The translations under genes and the position numbers were made by a program. Source: Candidatus Entotheonellaceae bacterium (GTDB taxonomy: Bacteria; Tectomicrobia; Entotheonellia; Entotheonellales; Entotheonellaceae). From it: DNA of 64,000 nucleotides. The stretch lies in contig OZ250173.1 of the NCBI GenBank assembly GCA_965238075.1, positions 1,056,001 to 1,120,000 of the forward strand. Reading direction: 5' to 3'. This document shows, piece by piece, positions 50,200 to 59,893 of the stretch (position 1 is its first letter; every line of letters begins with the position of its first letter). Under the pieces are notes generated by a model. That model saw only the letters and a program-made list of their open reading frames with translations. It was not told the origin of the DNA and did not search any database.

Positions 50200-51240
50200 A
50201 TGGCAGCAGAGTTGCAATCCACGCGGTACGACGTGGCGGACATGGCGCAGGCGGTGGAGTTTTACTTCGACAAGGGCTGGACGGACGGCCTGCCGGTGGT
50301 GCCGCCGACGGAGAACGCCATCTGGGGGATGTTGGAATCGGCCGGATTGGAGCCGCAGGCGGAGATCACCTTCATCGACAATCGCCAGGTATCGGTGACC
50401 GCCGAGAAGGTGGCGATCAACAGCGTCATGGCCGGTTGCAAGCCGGAATACATGCCCGTGCTGGCGGCGGCGGTGGAGGCCATGGGCGATCCGTTGTGGT
50501 CCTACCACGGCCCGGCGACGAGCACCGGCGGCTCGGCGGTGCTGGCGGTGGTGAACGGCCCCATTGCGCAAGAGCTGGGCCTCAACCACGGCGACAACCT
50601 CTTCGGCCCCGGCTGGCGTGCCAACGCGGCCATCGGGCGGGCGCTGCGGCTGGTGATGCGCAACGTCATCGGCACCCTGCCGGGGCGGCTCGACCGCAGC
50701 ACCCTGGGGCACAGCGGCAAGTACAGCTTCTGCATCGCCGAGAACGAGGCGGAAAGCCCCTGGCCGGCGCTGCACGTTGAGCGCGGCTTCAGTTCGGAAC
50801 AAAACGCCGTCACCATCCTGGCGGCCCTGGCGCCGGAACAGTTTTACAACCAGCTGAGCAGCACTGCCGAGGGCATTCTCACCACCGCCTGCGCCCACAT
50901 GCGCATCTCGTCCGGGGTCAGGAGCCAGCCGCAATACGTCCTGGTCCTCGCCGGCGAGCACATGCAGGTGATGGCGCACGACGGCTGGTCCAAAGACGAC
51001 ATCCGGCGCTTCTGCTTCGAGCGCACGCAAACCTCGCGGGCCGAACTCAAGCGCATTCACCTCATGCCGGGAGAGCCCAGCGACTCGGACGAAACGGCGA
51101 TGGTGCCGCTGGTGCCGACCGCGGAGGATTTTCTGATCGTTGCGGCGGGCAGCCGGGCGGGCGCGTTTTCGGCCTACATCCCCGGCTGGGGTAGCAAGAG
51201 CACGTCACAGAGCGTGACGCGAGAGATCCGCCGATCATAA
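50200..51240 (+). CDS. Conserved partner protein of UGSC (seleno)proteins
   Basis: GWTDGLPVVPPT, EKVAINSVMAGCKPEY, NGPI, ANAAIGRALRL, ENEAESPW; directly upstream of the UGSC gene. Confidence 0.75.
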   Translation: MAAELQSTRYDVADMAQAVEFYFDKGWTDGLPVVPPTENAIWGMLESAGLEPQAEITFIDNRQVSVTAEKVAINSVMAGCKPEYMPVLAAAVEAMGDPLWSYHGPATSTGGSAVLAVVNGPIAQELGLNHGDNLFGPGWRANAAIGRALRLVMRNVIGTLPGRLDRSTLGHSGKYSFCIAENEAESPWPALHVERGFSSEQNAVTILAALAPEQFYNQLSSTAEGILTTACAHMRISSGVRSQPQYVLVLAGEHMQVMAHDGWSKDDIRRFCFERTQTSRAELKRIHLMPGEPSDSDETAMVPLVPTAEDFLIVAAGSRAGAFSAYIPGWGSKSTSQSVTREIRRS

Positions 51241-51273
51241 GGACACGGCGGCTACACGAAAAAGGAGACCCTG

Positions 51274-51813
51274 ATGGCAACCTTCCAGGTGTTCGATCCC
51301 ACCACCGAGGCCGAGCAGCAGACGCTGACCTTTGTGCCGCGGCCCGATTCGCTGCGCAACGTGCGCATCGGCCTGGTGGAAAATACCAAGTTCAACTCGG
51401 ATCAGCTGCTGCGCCGCATCGGCACGATTCTGGAGCAGGAATACGGCGCCAAGAGCTCGATCATGCGCAGCAAGCACAACTCCAGCGTGCCGGCGCACCA
51501 GGAGATTCTCGACGAATACGGAGTGGAATGTGACGTGGTGATCGCCGGGGTGGGCGATTGAGGCTCGTGCAGCTCGGGCAGTGTGCTCGACGGCATTCTC
51601 TTTGAAAAACTCGGTGTTCCTGCCGCGTCCATCGTCACCGACGTGTTCGAGGCCACCGGCCAGGCCATGGCGCAGGCGTGGGGCGTTCCCGATTACAAAT
51701 TCCTGCGCATGCCGCACCCGATCGCCAACCTCACCGACGAGGAATTGGACCAGCGCGCGCGGGAGATCGTGCCGCAGGTGGTCAACCTGTTGCTCGAAGG
51801 CCAGGAATCGTAG
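51274..51813 (+). CDS. UGSC family selenoprotein (in-frame UGA = Sec at 51559-51561)
   Basis: ...VIAGVGD-U-GSCSSGSVLDGILFEKLGVP...PHP; ORFs 51274..51561 and 51583..51813 are in the same frame; UxxC motif; hairpin downstream. Confidence 0.85.
51574..51590 (+). promoter_or_regulatory. Candidate bacterial SECIS
   Basis: TCGGGCA-GTG-TGCTCGA hairpin; G-initiated loop 19 nt after the UGA. Confidence 0.55.
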
Positions 51814-51830
51814 GGGACTCGCCAGCGATC

Positions 51831-52160
51831 ATGTCGTGTATCTTCTGTGAAATCATCGCCAAGCGTCAGCCCACTGACGTGGTTTATGAGGACGACGAGA
51901 TACTCGTCTTCAAGGACATCAACCCCACCGCGCCGATTCACGTCCTGCTGGTGCCCAAGGCGCACATCGCCACCGTCAACGACATCGACGAGGCACAGCA
52001 CACCGAGCTGATGGGCCGGTTGTTCGTGGTTGCCAAGAAGCTGGCGGCGCAGTGGGATATTGTCGAGCAGGGATATCGCCTGACGGTGAACGTCGGGCGG
52101 GGCGGCGGTCAGATTGTGGACCACGTGCACATGCACCTGGTGAGCGGCCGGCGCCGGTGA
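51831..52160 (+). CDS. Histidine triad (HINT) protein
   Basis: CIFCEI, FKDINP.AP.H.L.VPK.H, GQ.V.HVHMH. Confidence 0.92.
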   Translation: MSCIFCEIIAKRQPTDVVYEDDEILVFKDINPTAPIHVLLVPKAHIATVNDIDEAQHTELMGRLFVVAKKLAAQWDIVEQGYRLTVNVGRGGGQIVDHVHMHLVSGRRR

Positions 52161-52170
52161 GGGGGTACGT

Positions 52171-52201
52171 AAAAACCCCTCCGGGATAACCTGGAGGGGT
52201 T
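52171..52201. terminator. Hairpin after HIT gene
   Basis: AACCCCTCCGGG-ATAA-CCTGGAGGGGTT. Confidence 0.55.
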
Positions 52202-52247
52202 GCCTGACGGTGCTTCTCGCACATCGCCTGGTCAGCGGCTCAGAATC

Positions 52248-52362
52248 GGCAGGCTCAAAGATTGGCGCCGCATCGCCACGCGGTATGATCGCTGTGCGCA
52301 CACCGTCTACAGCGCCATCTGTATTGCTGCCGCGGTTATCTACTGATCACGAGTCCTGAGCC
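52248..52362 (+). mobile_element. IS5-family transposase C-terminal remnant with right IR
   Basis: GRLKDWRRIATRYDRCAHT..SAICIAA.VI; ends GAGTCCTGAGCC. Confidence 0.75.
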
Positions 52363-52396
52363 TGGCGATTTAATGAACCCGTCAGGAGGCCCTTCC

Positions 52397-52820
52397 ATGC
52401 CCCGTCTCAGGCAAATCCCCCGTGATCCCTTCGATGCGCTACCGCGACGCCGCAGCCGCTCTTGACCGGCTGTGCCGCGTGCTTGGTTTCTCCAGGCACT
52501 TGGTCGTACCGGGTGAAGCCGGCACCATCACCCACGCCCAACTTGCCCTGGGCGACGGCATGATCATGCTTGGCAGCGAGCGTGACGACGCGCACGGCCA
52601 GTTGATGGCCGTACCGGGCCCGCAGGGAACCAACATCCAGTCCGTCTATCTCGTCGTGGACAACCCCCAGGCCGTTCACGACCGCGTCCTTGCAGCGGGC
52701 GCCGATGTCGTCACACCCCTTCACCATCCGGAATACGGGGGCGCCTTCTTCGCCTGCCGCGACCCCGAAGGCCGCGTCTGGAACATCGGTTCCTACGATC
52801 CTTGGCAGACGTCGACATAG
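52397..52820 (+). CDS. VOC/bleomycin-resistance family protein (SD-supported ATG at 52397 is out of frame by one extra C; in-frame GTG at 52422)
   Basis: P.MRYRDA.AA, HAQL..GDGMIMLGS, RDPEG.VW.IG.Y.PW. Confidence 0.8.
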
Positions 52821-52875
52821 CGACCGAGCCATAGATCATGTCCGTATCTAATCGAAAAGGGAATGGCGGCTTCAC

Positions 52876-52911
52876 GCAGGTCGGATTAGCCGCAGGCGTA
52901 ACCCGACCTGC
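52876..52911. repeat. Solo REP related to the RAYT-flanking REPs
   Basis: GCAGGTCGGATTAGCCGCAGGCGTAACCCGACCTGC. Confidence 0.65.
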
Positions 52912-53000
52912 AGCTTGATGCGGACGTGCTCTGACCGTGGATTCGTGAGGGCCATCTGCAGAATGTCGTGTGGAAAACAAAGGGGGAGGGGCCGTTAAAA

Positions 53001-53084
53001 TGCCGAAGGGGAGACTCGAACTCCCACGAGGTGACCCCCACATGACCCTGAATCATGCGCGTCTACCAATTCCGCCACTTCGGC
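53001..53084 (-). tRNA. tRNA-Leu (CAG); CCA not encoded
   Basis: GCCGAAGTGGCGGAATTGGTAGACGCGCATGATTCAGGGTCATG...GTTCGAGTCTCCCCTTCGGCA; promoter TTGCAA-17-TATAGT at 53132-53104. Confidence 0.95.
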
Positions 53085-53161
53085 ATACGGGGTAAGGCGA
53101 GACACTATAAAGTTTTCCGCCTTGCCTTGCAATTGCCAATTTGAACCCCGCCATCCATGAA

Positions 53162-54661
53162 TCAGGAAGCGCTGGGCCGGCCGATACGGTGGGCGCGGAC
53201 GGGCTGGCGGCGGCCTTTGAGCCGTGTTTCGATGGTTTGGCGGACCGTGAAGTGTCCCCGGATATGGGCGAGGACATTGTCGCTGATCACGATGTCGCCG
53301 GCGGCGGCCTCCGTTTGCAGGCGTTGGGCGACGTTGACCATATCGCCGATGACGGTGTACTCCATACGCTCTTCCGTGCCGATATTCCCAACGATGGCCT
53401 CGCCGCTGTTGATGCCGATGCCGATATGGAGAGGGGCTAAGTCGGCGTCGCGTCGGGCAGCGTTGAGGTCCGCAACCGCCGCCTGCATTTCCAGCGCGGC
53501 CTGCACGGCGTGCCGGGGATGATCGGGTTGTTCCAGGGGTGCGCCGAACAACGCCATGAGGCCGTCGCCGAGGTACTTGTCCAGCGTGCCGTGATGCGCG
53601 AAGACCACGCGTACCATGCAGTCGAAATACTGGTTCAGGGCGGTCACGACCTCCTCCGGTTGGTGGCGCTCGGCGAAGGTGGTGAAACCGCGAATATCGG
53701 CGAACAGCACGCTCACCTGGCGGCGTAAGGTGCGGAGGGAGCGTGACGCCTTGTCGCTGAGCACCTGTTCCATGACCGGCTGGCTCAGGTAGCGGCTGAA
53801 GGTATCGCGTAGGATTTCCCGCTCCGAAATATCATCAACGAGGACCAACACGCCCTGCTCGCGGCCCTGGCTGTCGTAAAACACCTGACCCTTGATCGTG
53901 CCGTGACTGACGCGGCCCTCGGGGTCCACCAGACGGTGCTTGCGAAGCGTGATGCTGCCCTGCCGCTGCACCTCCTCTGCGAAGGCGGTGATCGGCAAAC
54001 CTTGCATGCCGGCAAAGACGTCCTCTACGGTCCGCCCGACCATCTCGTCGGCGCCGCGGCGGCTCAGGCGTTCCATGGCCTGGTTGACCTTGAGGATGCG
54101 ATGGCTGTCCTTATCCGCAACTAGCAGGCCGCTGGTCATACTCTGCAGGATATTCTCATTGAAATCCTGCAGCGTCTGATACGCCTCGCCCACGCGAATG
54201 AGCTGGGTCTCCAGACCCCGGTTGTGCGCTTCCAACTGCACGTACTGCTGCTGCACGAGGAGCTTGGAGCGTTTCTCATACTCCCCTACCAGCTTGTTGA
54301 GCGTGGTGTCGATGAGCAAGTGCATGCGGTGCAGGGCGCCGAGGATGCTGCCGGTGTCGTCGCCGTAGCACTCGCGCAGCAGGGGCAGGAGCATGGCGGC
54401 GAAGACAGTGAAGTTGCGATGCAAAACGGTCAGCGGGAAATCCGCCACCGTGCTGCCTGCCAAGAACCGGGCCAGGCAGTCGTCCAGCGGCTGGGAGTCG
54501 TTCGCTTCCAGGGCGCTGAGGAAGGCGTCGGCGGTCTCGGCCACGCTGCCGCGCAGGAATTCGGCATCGAAAGCAGGGTCGCCCCTGATGGTCTGCAGAA
54601 TGCTTTGATACAGCCTCTCGACGAGGCGGGCTTTGTGTTCGTGGAGGTAGGCAATGAGCAT
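53162..54661 (-). CDS. Class III adenylate/guanylate cyclase with PAS domain and helical N-terminal sensor
   Basis: VLFADIRGFT, DKYLGDGLM, GIGINSG, EYTVIGDMVNVAQRL. Confidence 0.9.
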   Translation of the reverse strand: MLIAYLHEHKARLVERLYQSILQTIRGDPAFDAEFLRGSVAETADAFLSALEANDSQPLDDCLARFLAGSTVADFPLTVLHRNFTVFAAMLLPLLRECYGDDTGSILGALHRMHLLIDTTLNKLVGEYEKRSKLLVQQQYVQLEAHNRGLETQLIRVGEAYQTLQDFNENILQSMTSGLLVADKDSHRILKVNQAMERLSRRGADEMVGRTVEDVFAGMQGLPITAFAEEVQRQGSITLRKHRLVDPEGRVSHGTIKGQVFYDSQGREQGVLVLVDDISEREILRDTFSRYLSQPVMEQVLSDKASRSLRTLRRQVSVLFADIRGFTTFAERHQPEEVVTALNQYFDCMVRVVFAHHGTLDKYLGDGLMALFGAPLEQPDHPRHAVQAALEMQAAVADLNAARRDADLAPLHIGIGINSGEAIVGNIGTEERMEYTVIGDMVNVAQRLQTEAAAGDIVISDNVLAHIRGHFTVRQTIETRLKGRRQPVRAHRIGRPSAS

Positions 54662-54774
54662 CGAAGCGCTCCTCGTGGGGCGGGCTGGGCAGACGACGGG
54701 ATATGCTACACTTGGCACCGTCTCGGGAGACTACAATTGCTGCGTGGGCGGTATTATAAAAGGAGCCGAAAGGG

Positions 54775-55860
54775 ATGTCACTGACCGACCTGCGCGACCT
54801 GCGGCGTGATGAGATTGCGGCCTTCCTGGCGGCTCAGGGAGAGCCGGATTTTCGCGCCCGGCAGGTTTGTCAATGGGTGTACAAGCGCCAAGCCACCAGC
54901 GTGCAGCAGATGACGGACCTGCCCGAGGCACTGCGGCAACGCCTGCAAAAGCAGATGTACGTCAGCACCCTGAGCCTCCTGCGGCGACAGCGCAGCGAAG
55001 ACGGCACCGAGAAGCTGCTGTTTGGCGTCGAGGGCGGCAACCGGATCGAAACGGTGCTGATACCACGCGGCGACAAGCGCACCATTTGCGTCTCCACGCA
55101 GGTGGGCTGCGCCCTGGGCTGCCGGTTCTGCCTGACCGCGCAGGGCGGCTTGGTACGCAGCTTGCGACCGGCCGAGATTGTCGGGCAGGTGCTGCATTTT
55201 CAGGAGCCGGGTCGCGAGCCGGCGCGGGACTTTACGAACATCGTGTTCATGGGCATGGGCGAGCCACTGGACAATTTTCGCGGTACCGTGCAAGCGGTGC
55301 GCATTATGACGGCCGACTGGGGACTGGGCATTTCACCGCGCCGGATTACCGTCTCAACGTCGGGCCTGGCCCGCCGCCTGGAGGCGTTTGGCCGCGCGGA
55401 CCTGAAGGTGAATCTCGCCGTCTCCCTCAACGCCACCACCGACGCCGTGCGCAGCCGCATTATGCCCATCAACAAGGCCTATCCCATCGACAGGCTGCTG
55501 CAGGCATGTCGTGATTTCCCCCTGGCGGCACGCCAGCGGATTACCTTCGAGTACGTGCTGCTACGCGACGTCAACGACAGCCTGGCCGACGCCAAACGCC
55601 TGGTCAAGCTGCTGCACGGCCTGCGCTGCAAGGTCAATCTGCTGCCGTTCAACGAGATACCCGAGTCGCCGTATCGCCGCCCTGCGGACGACACCGTGCA
55701 ACGCTTCTGGACGTGGCTCGTCGAGCACGGCGTATCGGCCTCCGTGCGCCACAGCCGCGGGCGCGATATCTCCGCCGCCTGCGGCCAGTTGCGGCATGTG
55801 GAGCAGTCCGCCGAGCGGTTGACAGCCCCCGAGGGCTGCTCTACGATACCGCCCGTTTAA
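54775..55860 (+). CDS. rlmN: 23S rRNA A2503/tRNA A37 C2 methyltransferase (radical SAM)
   Basis: [27 protein letters not shown]. Confidence 0.95.
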   Translation: MSLTDLRDLRRDEIAAFLAAQGEPDFRARQVCQWVYKRQATSVQQMTDLPEALRQRLQKQMYVSTLSLLRRQRSEDGTEKLLFGVEGGNRIETVLIPRGDKRTICVSTQVGCALGCRFCLTAQGGLVRSLRPAEIVGQVLHFQEPGREPARDFTNIVFMGMGEPLDNFRGTVQAVRIMTADWGLGISPRRITVSTSGLARRLEAFGRADLKVNLAVSLNATTDAVRSRIMPINKAYPIDRLLQACRDFPLAARQRITFEYVLLRDVNDSLADAKRLVKLLHGLRCKVNLLPFNEIPESPYRRPADDTVQRFWTWLVEHGVSASVRHSRGRDISAACGQLRHVEQSAERLTAPEGCSTIPPV

Positions 55861-55919
55861 GGCAGGGCGCCGAAGGCTCAGAACGCCGCGCCCATGGGGG
55901 TTGTCGGAAGGGGGGAGTA

Positions 55920-56408
55920 ATGACGACTGCCGTTTACCCAGGGACGTTCGACCCGCTCACGAACGGCCACCTGGACCTCATCAAACGCTCCGTGCGCATG
56001 TTTGACAAGTTGATCGTGGCCATCTTCGACAACCCGGCGAAGGGGCCGATGTTCACGGTGCCGGAGCGCCGCCGCCTGATCGAGGAATCGATTCAGGGTC
56101 TGAAGAACATCGAGATCGACAGCTTTTCCAGTACCTTGTTGATCTTCTACGCCAAGCAGAAAGAGGCCAACGTGATCATCCGCGGACTGCGCGCCGTGGC
56201 CGACTTCGAGTACGAATTTCAGATGACCCTGATGAATCGGCGTTTGGATGAAGACATCGAAACCATCTTCCTGACCCCGCGCGAGGAATACACCTATGTG
56301 GCGTCGCGCCTGATTAAAGAGGTCGCGGCCTTCGGCGGCAACGTGGACGAGCTGGTGCCGCCGCCGGTGGCACTGGCCCTGAAAGAGAAATACCAACGTC
56401 AGGCGTAG
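55920..56408 (+). CDS. coaD: Pantetheine-phosphate adenylyltransferase
   Basis: [26 protein letters not shown]. Confidence 0.96.
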   Translation: MTTAVYPGTFDPLTNGHLDLIKRSVRMFDKLIVAIFDNPAKGPMFTVPERRRLIEESIQGLKNIEIDSFSSTLLIFYAKQKEANVIIRGLRAVADFEYEFQMTLMNRRLDEDIETIFLTPREEYTYVASRLIKEVAAFGGNVDELVPPPVALALKEKYQRQA

Positions 56409-56416
56409 AGGAGCCT

Positions 56417-57610
56417 ATGCAGCTTGCACAGTTCACCCGGCATCTGAAACCCTCCGAGACCCTGGCCATCAGCGCCAAAGCCAAGGCCCTGCGCGCCCAG
56501 GGCCGCGACGTGATCGACTTCAGCGTCGGCGAGCCGGACTTCAACACACCCGACAACGTCATCCAGGCCGCCGAGCACGCCATGGCCGAGGGCTTCACCA
56601 AGTACACGCAGGCGAGCGGGCTGCCGGCGCTGCGGCAGGCGATCGCGGATAAATTGCGGCGGGAAAACGATCTGCATTACGAGCCGGACCAGATCATCGT
56701 GTCGTGCGGCGCCAAGCACGCCCTATACAACCTGGCGATGGTGCTGGTGGATCCGGGCGACGCGGTGATCATTCCCGGGCCGTACTGGGTGACTTACCCG
56801 GCGCAGGTGCAGATGGCCGGCGGCACGCCGGTGATCATTCCGACGACGGCGGCGGAAGGTTTCAAAATCACCGGCGAGGTGCTGCGGCGCTATCTGACGC
56901 CGGCGACGAAGGGCATCATCCTCAACAGTCCGTGCAACCCCACCGGGGCGGTGTACACCCCCGAAGAGTTGCAAAACCTCGCCGACGTGTTGTGCAACAC
57001 CGACCTCTACGTCATCACCGACGAGATTTATGAACACATGGTGTACGACGGTCTGCGACAGGTCAGCATTGCCACGCTGTCGCCGGAGTTGAAGGAACGT
57101 TGCATCGTGGTCAACGGCCTCTCCAAGTCCTACTCCATGACCGGCTGGCGTCTGGGTTTCTGTGCCGGCCCCGCTGACGTTATCGCCGCTTGCGGCCACT
57201 TGCAGAGCCAGAGCACCAGCAACCCGACGGCGTTCGCGCAGATAGCGGCCATCGAAGCTCTTACCGGCCCGCAGGACAGCGTGCACGCCATGGCCGCGGC
57301 TTTCGTCGAGCGGCGCGATTTCGTGGTGGCGCGTCTCAATGCCATCGACGGCATCTCCTGCCCCATGCCGCAAGGCGCCTTCTATACCTTCCCAAAAATC
57401 AACGCCCTGTTCGGCCGCCGCGCCAATGGCCGTACCCTGTCAAACTCGGCGGACGTAATCGATTACCTGCTGGATACGGCGGGCGTGGCAGCGGTGCCGG
57501 GCGAGGCGTTCGGCGCCGACGACCACATGCGCCTGTCCTACGCCGCATCGATGGAAGCGCTTCGCACCGGACTCGACCGCCTCGATCAAGCCGTGCAGCA
57601 GTTGCACTGA
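56417..57610 (+). CDS. PLP-dependent aminotransferase class I/II (aspartate aminotransferase-like)
   Basis: GEPDF, NSPCNPTG, DEIY, SKSYSMTGWRLG. Confidence 0.92.
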   Translation: MQLAQFTRHLKPSETLAISAKAKALRAQGRDVIDFSVGEPDFNTPDNVIQAAEHAMAEGFTKYTQASGLPALRQAIADKLRRENDLHYEPDQIIVSCGAKHALYNLAMVLVDPGDAVIIPGPYWVTYPAQVQMAGGTPVIIPTTAAEGFKITGEVLRRYLTPATKGIILNSPCNPTGAVYTPEELQNLADVLCNTDLYVITDEIYEHMVYDGLRQVSIATLSPELKERCIVVNGLSKSYSMTGWRLGFCAGPADVIAACGHLQSQSTSNPTAFAQIAAIEALTGPQDSVHAMAAAFVERRDFVVARLNAIDGISCPMPQGAFYTFPKINALFGRRANGRTLSNSADVIDYLLDTAGVAAVPGEAFGADDHMRLSYAASMEALRTGLDRLDQAVQQLH

Positions 57611-57675
57611 GAGACCTCCCCCTTCAGGTTTTCATGGCGTATCCAAAGGGGGAGAGGTGCGTACGGGGGTGGGAC

Positions 57676-59139
57676 CTACTCGCCGCCGGGGAGGTCTTCC
57701 TGGCGCAGTTGCTGCAACAGCGCGGCGCCTTCTTCCCGAACCTTACTCACCATCGCGGCACCCACGAGACCCTGCTTCTGTTGCTCCTGCAGCGACTCGA
57801 TACCGATGAGCTCGGCGGGTTGATCGGGACTGTGGCAGACGCTGACGCCGAGGTCGACAAGGTGCAATTGATCCGAAAAAATAGCGGTGGGCGTGGCGAT
57901 GCCCACGTAATCCGCCTTCCAGGCGCCCTGCCTTCCGTAAAACCGCGTCACGCAATGCCAACTGCCTTCCTGAAAGCGGGTGACGGTGTAATCGCCGGGC
58001 TGTTTGTCGAGCCGCAGGCCGGCGGGATAGCTGTCCTTGTTGCGTAATTCCTGGCGAATCTCGACCCAGCCGGCGTCGAGGTCGTAAGCGACGCGCTGGC
58101 CCTCGTACTGCGCGGCGGCGTTCTCCCGGAGGCCGCGCATCCGCACGCGCAGGGTGTCGCGCAGCGGCGATTCCATGGCATTCACGCTGGCCAGCACGCC
58201 GAGCGGCGCCGTGCGGTTGCGCAGCACCTCAGCGGGCAGTTCCTTCTCCAACCCGTCGACGGTGGCGCCGTACACGTCGCCCTGGGCTTTGTACTTGTGG
58301 TGCCCCGGCAGCGTCGGCAGGAATTCGGCGCGCAGGCGATCACAGAGACGCTTGGCGTCGCCGGGCATTTCCACCTGCGTGCTCACGTCGCCGCCGTAGA
58401 GATAGCCGAGGGCCTTGGCGCCTGACAAGCGCTCGCGCAGGTCGCCGGCCTGCTGCACCAAATCCTGGATTTCTTCGCTCAGAACCGCGTCTTCGGCGTT
58501 CTGGGCCGCGGTGCGCCAGATGATGCCCCAGCCGTGAGTTTCCTGCGCCTGGCCGAGTTGTTGCAGCCGTTCACGCGCCCCCGCCGAGGTAATCTGCTTG
58601 CTGATGCGCACGGCCGGGGTCATGCTCAGCACCGCATAGCGGCCCGGCACGCTGAGCACGGCGCTGAGTTGCGGACGCTTGTCGGGACCATCGCCCAATG
58701 CCTCGATGCGAACCGGAATACGGGCGCCGATCTCCGGCCCGCGATCGTCCGGGCCCATCGGCAGTGTTGCGGACAGCTGGCCGCCGAGATACACAACGGA
58801 CTGACGCCGCTCACGGCTGACCAGCCCCACCAAGCCCAGGTACATAGAACCGACCTGCATGCCGCTGCGGCGAATGATGATGTCCGTGAAATGCTGCTGC
58901 AGGACGCCCAGAACGCGCTCAATGCCGTCGCCCGAACCCGACAGCCACAGGGTGTCGCGCACGCCCTGAGCATCGGCGTGCTCGTCGATCGCCACGTCCG
59001 GTGAATCCATCCGCCAATCGCCCGGCAGACACGCGCGCACCTCATCATCGGGCTGCACGATCTCCCAGTCCTGATGATGCTGCCGAAACAGCGACGTCAG
59101 CGCGGCTCCGTACAGGCCTCGTATGCGTAGTGTTGTCAT
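57676..59139 (-). CDS. FAU-1-like RNA-binding protein/ribonuclease (RNase E/G-like region + DUF402)
   Basis: RIRGLYGAALT start, RISKQI, GWGIIWRTAA, PTLPGHHKYKA, C-terminal Y.GI.TP...DL.V.V. Confidence 0.75.
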   Translation of the reverse strand: MTTLRIRGLYGAALTSLFRQHHQDWEIVQPDDEVRACLPGDWRMDSPDVAIDEHADAQGVRDTLWLSGSGDGIERVLGVLQQHFTDIIIRRSGMQVGSMYLGLVGLVSRERRQSVVYLGGQLSATLPMGPDDRGPEIGARIPVRIEALGDGPDKRPQLSAVLSVPGRYAVLSMTPAVRISKQITSAGARERLQQLGQAQETHGWGIIWRTAAQNAEDAVLSEEIQDLVQQAGDLRERLSGAKALGYLYGGDVSTQVEMPGDAKRLCDRLRAEFLPTLPGHHKYKAQGDVYGATVDGLEKELPAEVLRNRTAPLGVLASVNAMESPLRDTLRVRMRGLRENAAAQYEGQRVAYDLDAGWVEIRQELRNKDSYPAGLRLDKQPGDYTVTRFQEGSWHCVTRFYGRQGAWKADYVGIATPTAIFSDQLHLVDLGVSVCHSPDQPAELIGIESLQEQQKQGLVGAAMVSKVREEGAALLQQLRQEDLPGGE

Positions 59140-59252
59140 GATGATTGCGATACCTGTGTAATAGGGGAAGGTTCGTCGAGAGGGAAAACGCTCGGTGTGG
59201 TTTCCTTCTACGGGTCGGCACGATCATAGCACAAAGCGCCGGCGCCGGTGGA

Positions 59253-59561
59253 TTACGTCTCGAGATCGGGAACCCGTTGCAGGTGCTTGCCGAAGCACGG
59301 TCCGGCAACGCAGCGGCCGGTTTCAGGCTCGAATCTGGCGCCGTGGTTGGGACAAACCAACAGGCGTTGCTCGCCGGAAAACTGCAGCCGTCCGCGGCGG
59401 TCCAACGGCAGGCGGCGATGGGGGCAACTGTTGACGAACACGCGGTCGCCCGCCGGCGTGGGAATGATGAGGTAGGTTTCACCCTCGGGGGCCGTGTAAG
59501 GCGCGCCGCCCTGCTCGGCGGCCTGAGTGCGAACGGCTTGCGGGATGCGGTCTGGGGTCAC
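59253..59561 (-). CDS. Small Rieske (2Fe-2S) protein
   Basis: CPH...CPNHGARF...G.C..GPC. Confidence 0.8.
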   Translation of the reverse strand: MTPDRIPQAVRTQAAEQGGAPYTAPEGETYLIIPTPAGDRVFVNSCPHRRLPLDRRGRLQFSGEQRLLVCPNHGARFEPETGRCVAGPCFGKHLQRVPDLET

Positions 59562-59631
59562 GTGGATATGCCTTGCCGAGGTGTCGCTCAGAGGAGTGAC
59601 GGATGAGATGAAGAAGCGAGGGGAATATGGA

Positions 59632-59704
59632 TAGCCCCAACGGGACTCGAACCCGTGTCTTCGGCGTGAGAGGCCGAGATCCTGGACCGCTAGACGATAG
59701 GGCC
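59632..59704 (-). tRNA. tRNA-Glu (CTC); CCA not encoded
   Basis: GGCCCTATCGTCTAGCGGTCCAGGATCTCGGCCTCTCACGCCGAAGACACGGGTTCGAGTCCCGTTGGGGCTA. Confidence 0.93.
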
Positions 59705-59716
59705 ACGTGCCGGAAT

Positions 59717-59790
59717 TGGCTGGGGAACTAGGATTCGAACCTAGATAGCCAGATCCAGAGTCTGGAGTACTGCCGTTGTACGATTCCCCA
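59717..59790 (-). tRNA. tRNA-Gln (CTG), CCA encoded
   Basis: TGGGGAATCGTACAACGGCAGTACTCCAGACTCTGGATCTGGCTATCTAGGTTCGAATCCTAGTTCCCCAGCCA. Confidence 0.95.
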
Positions 59791-59893
59791 TCCGGTCCGT
59801 AAAGCGATTGCGAAAGGTACAGCGACTGTTCGCATCAGGTCAAGAAAAAAATCGTATTAAACGGCTCGGCGATCGGACATGCCGAGACGGCCT

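Noticed and set aside
52200-53084. Integrative island at tRNA-Leu (or at tRNA-fMet)
   Set aside because: No integrase and no duplicated tRNA 3' end found; only IS remnants and REPs.
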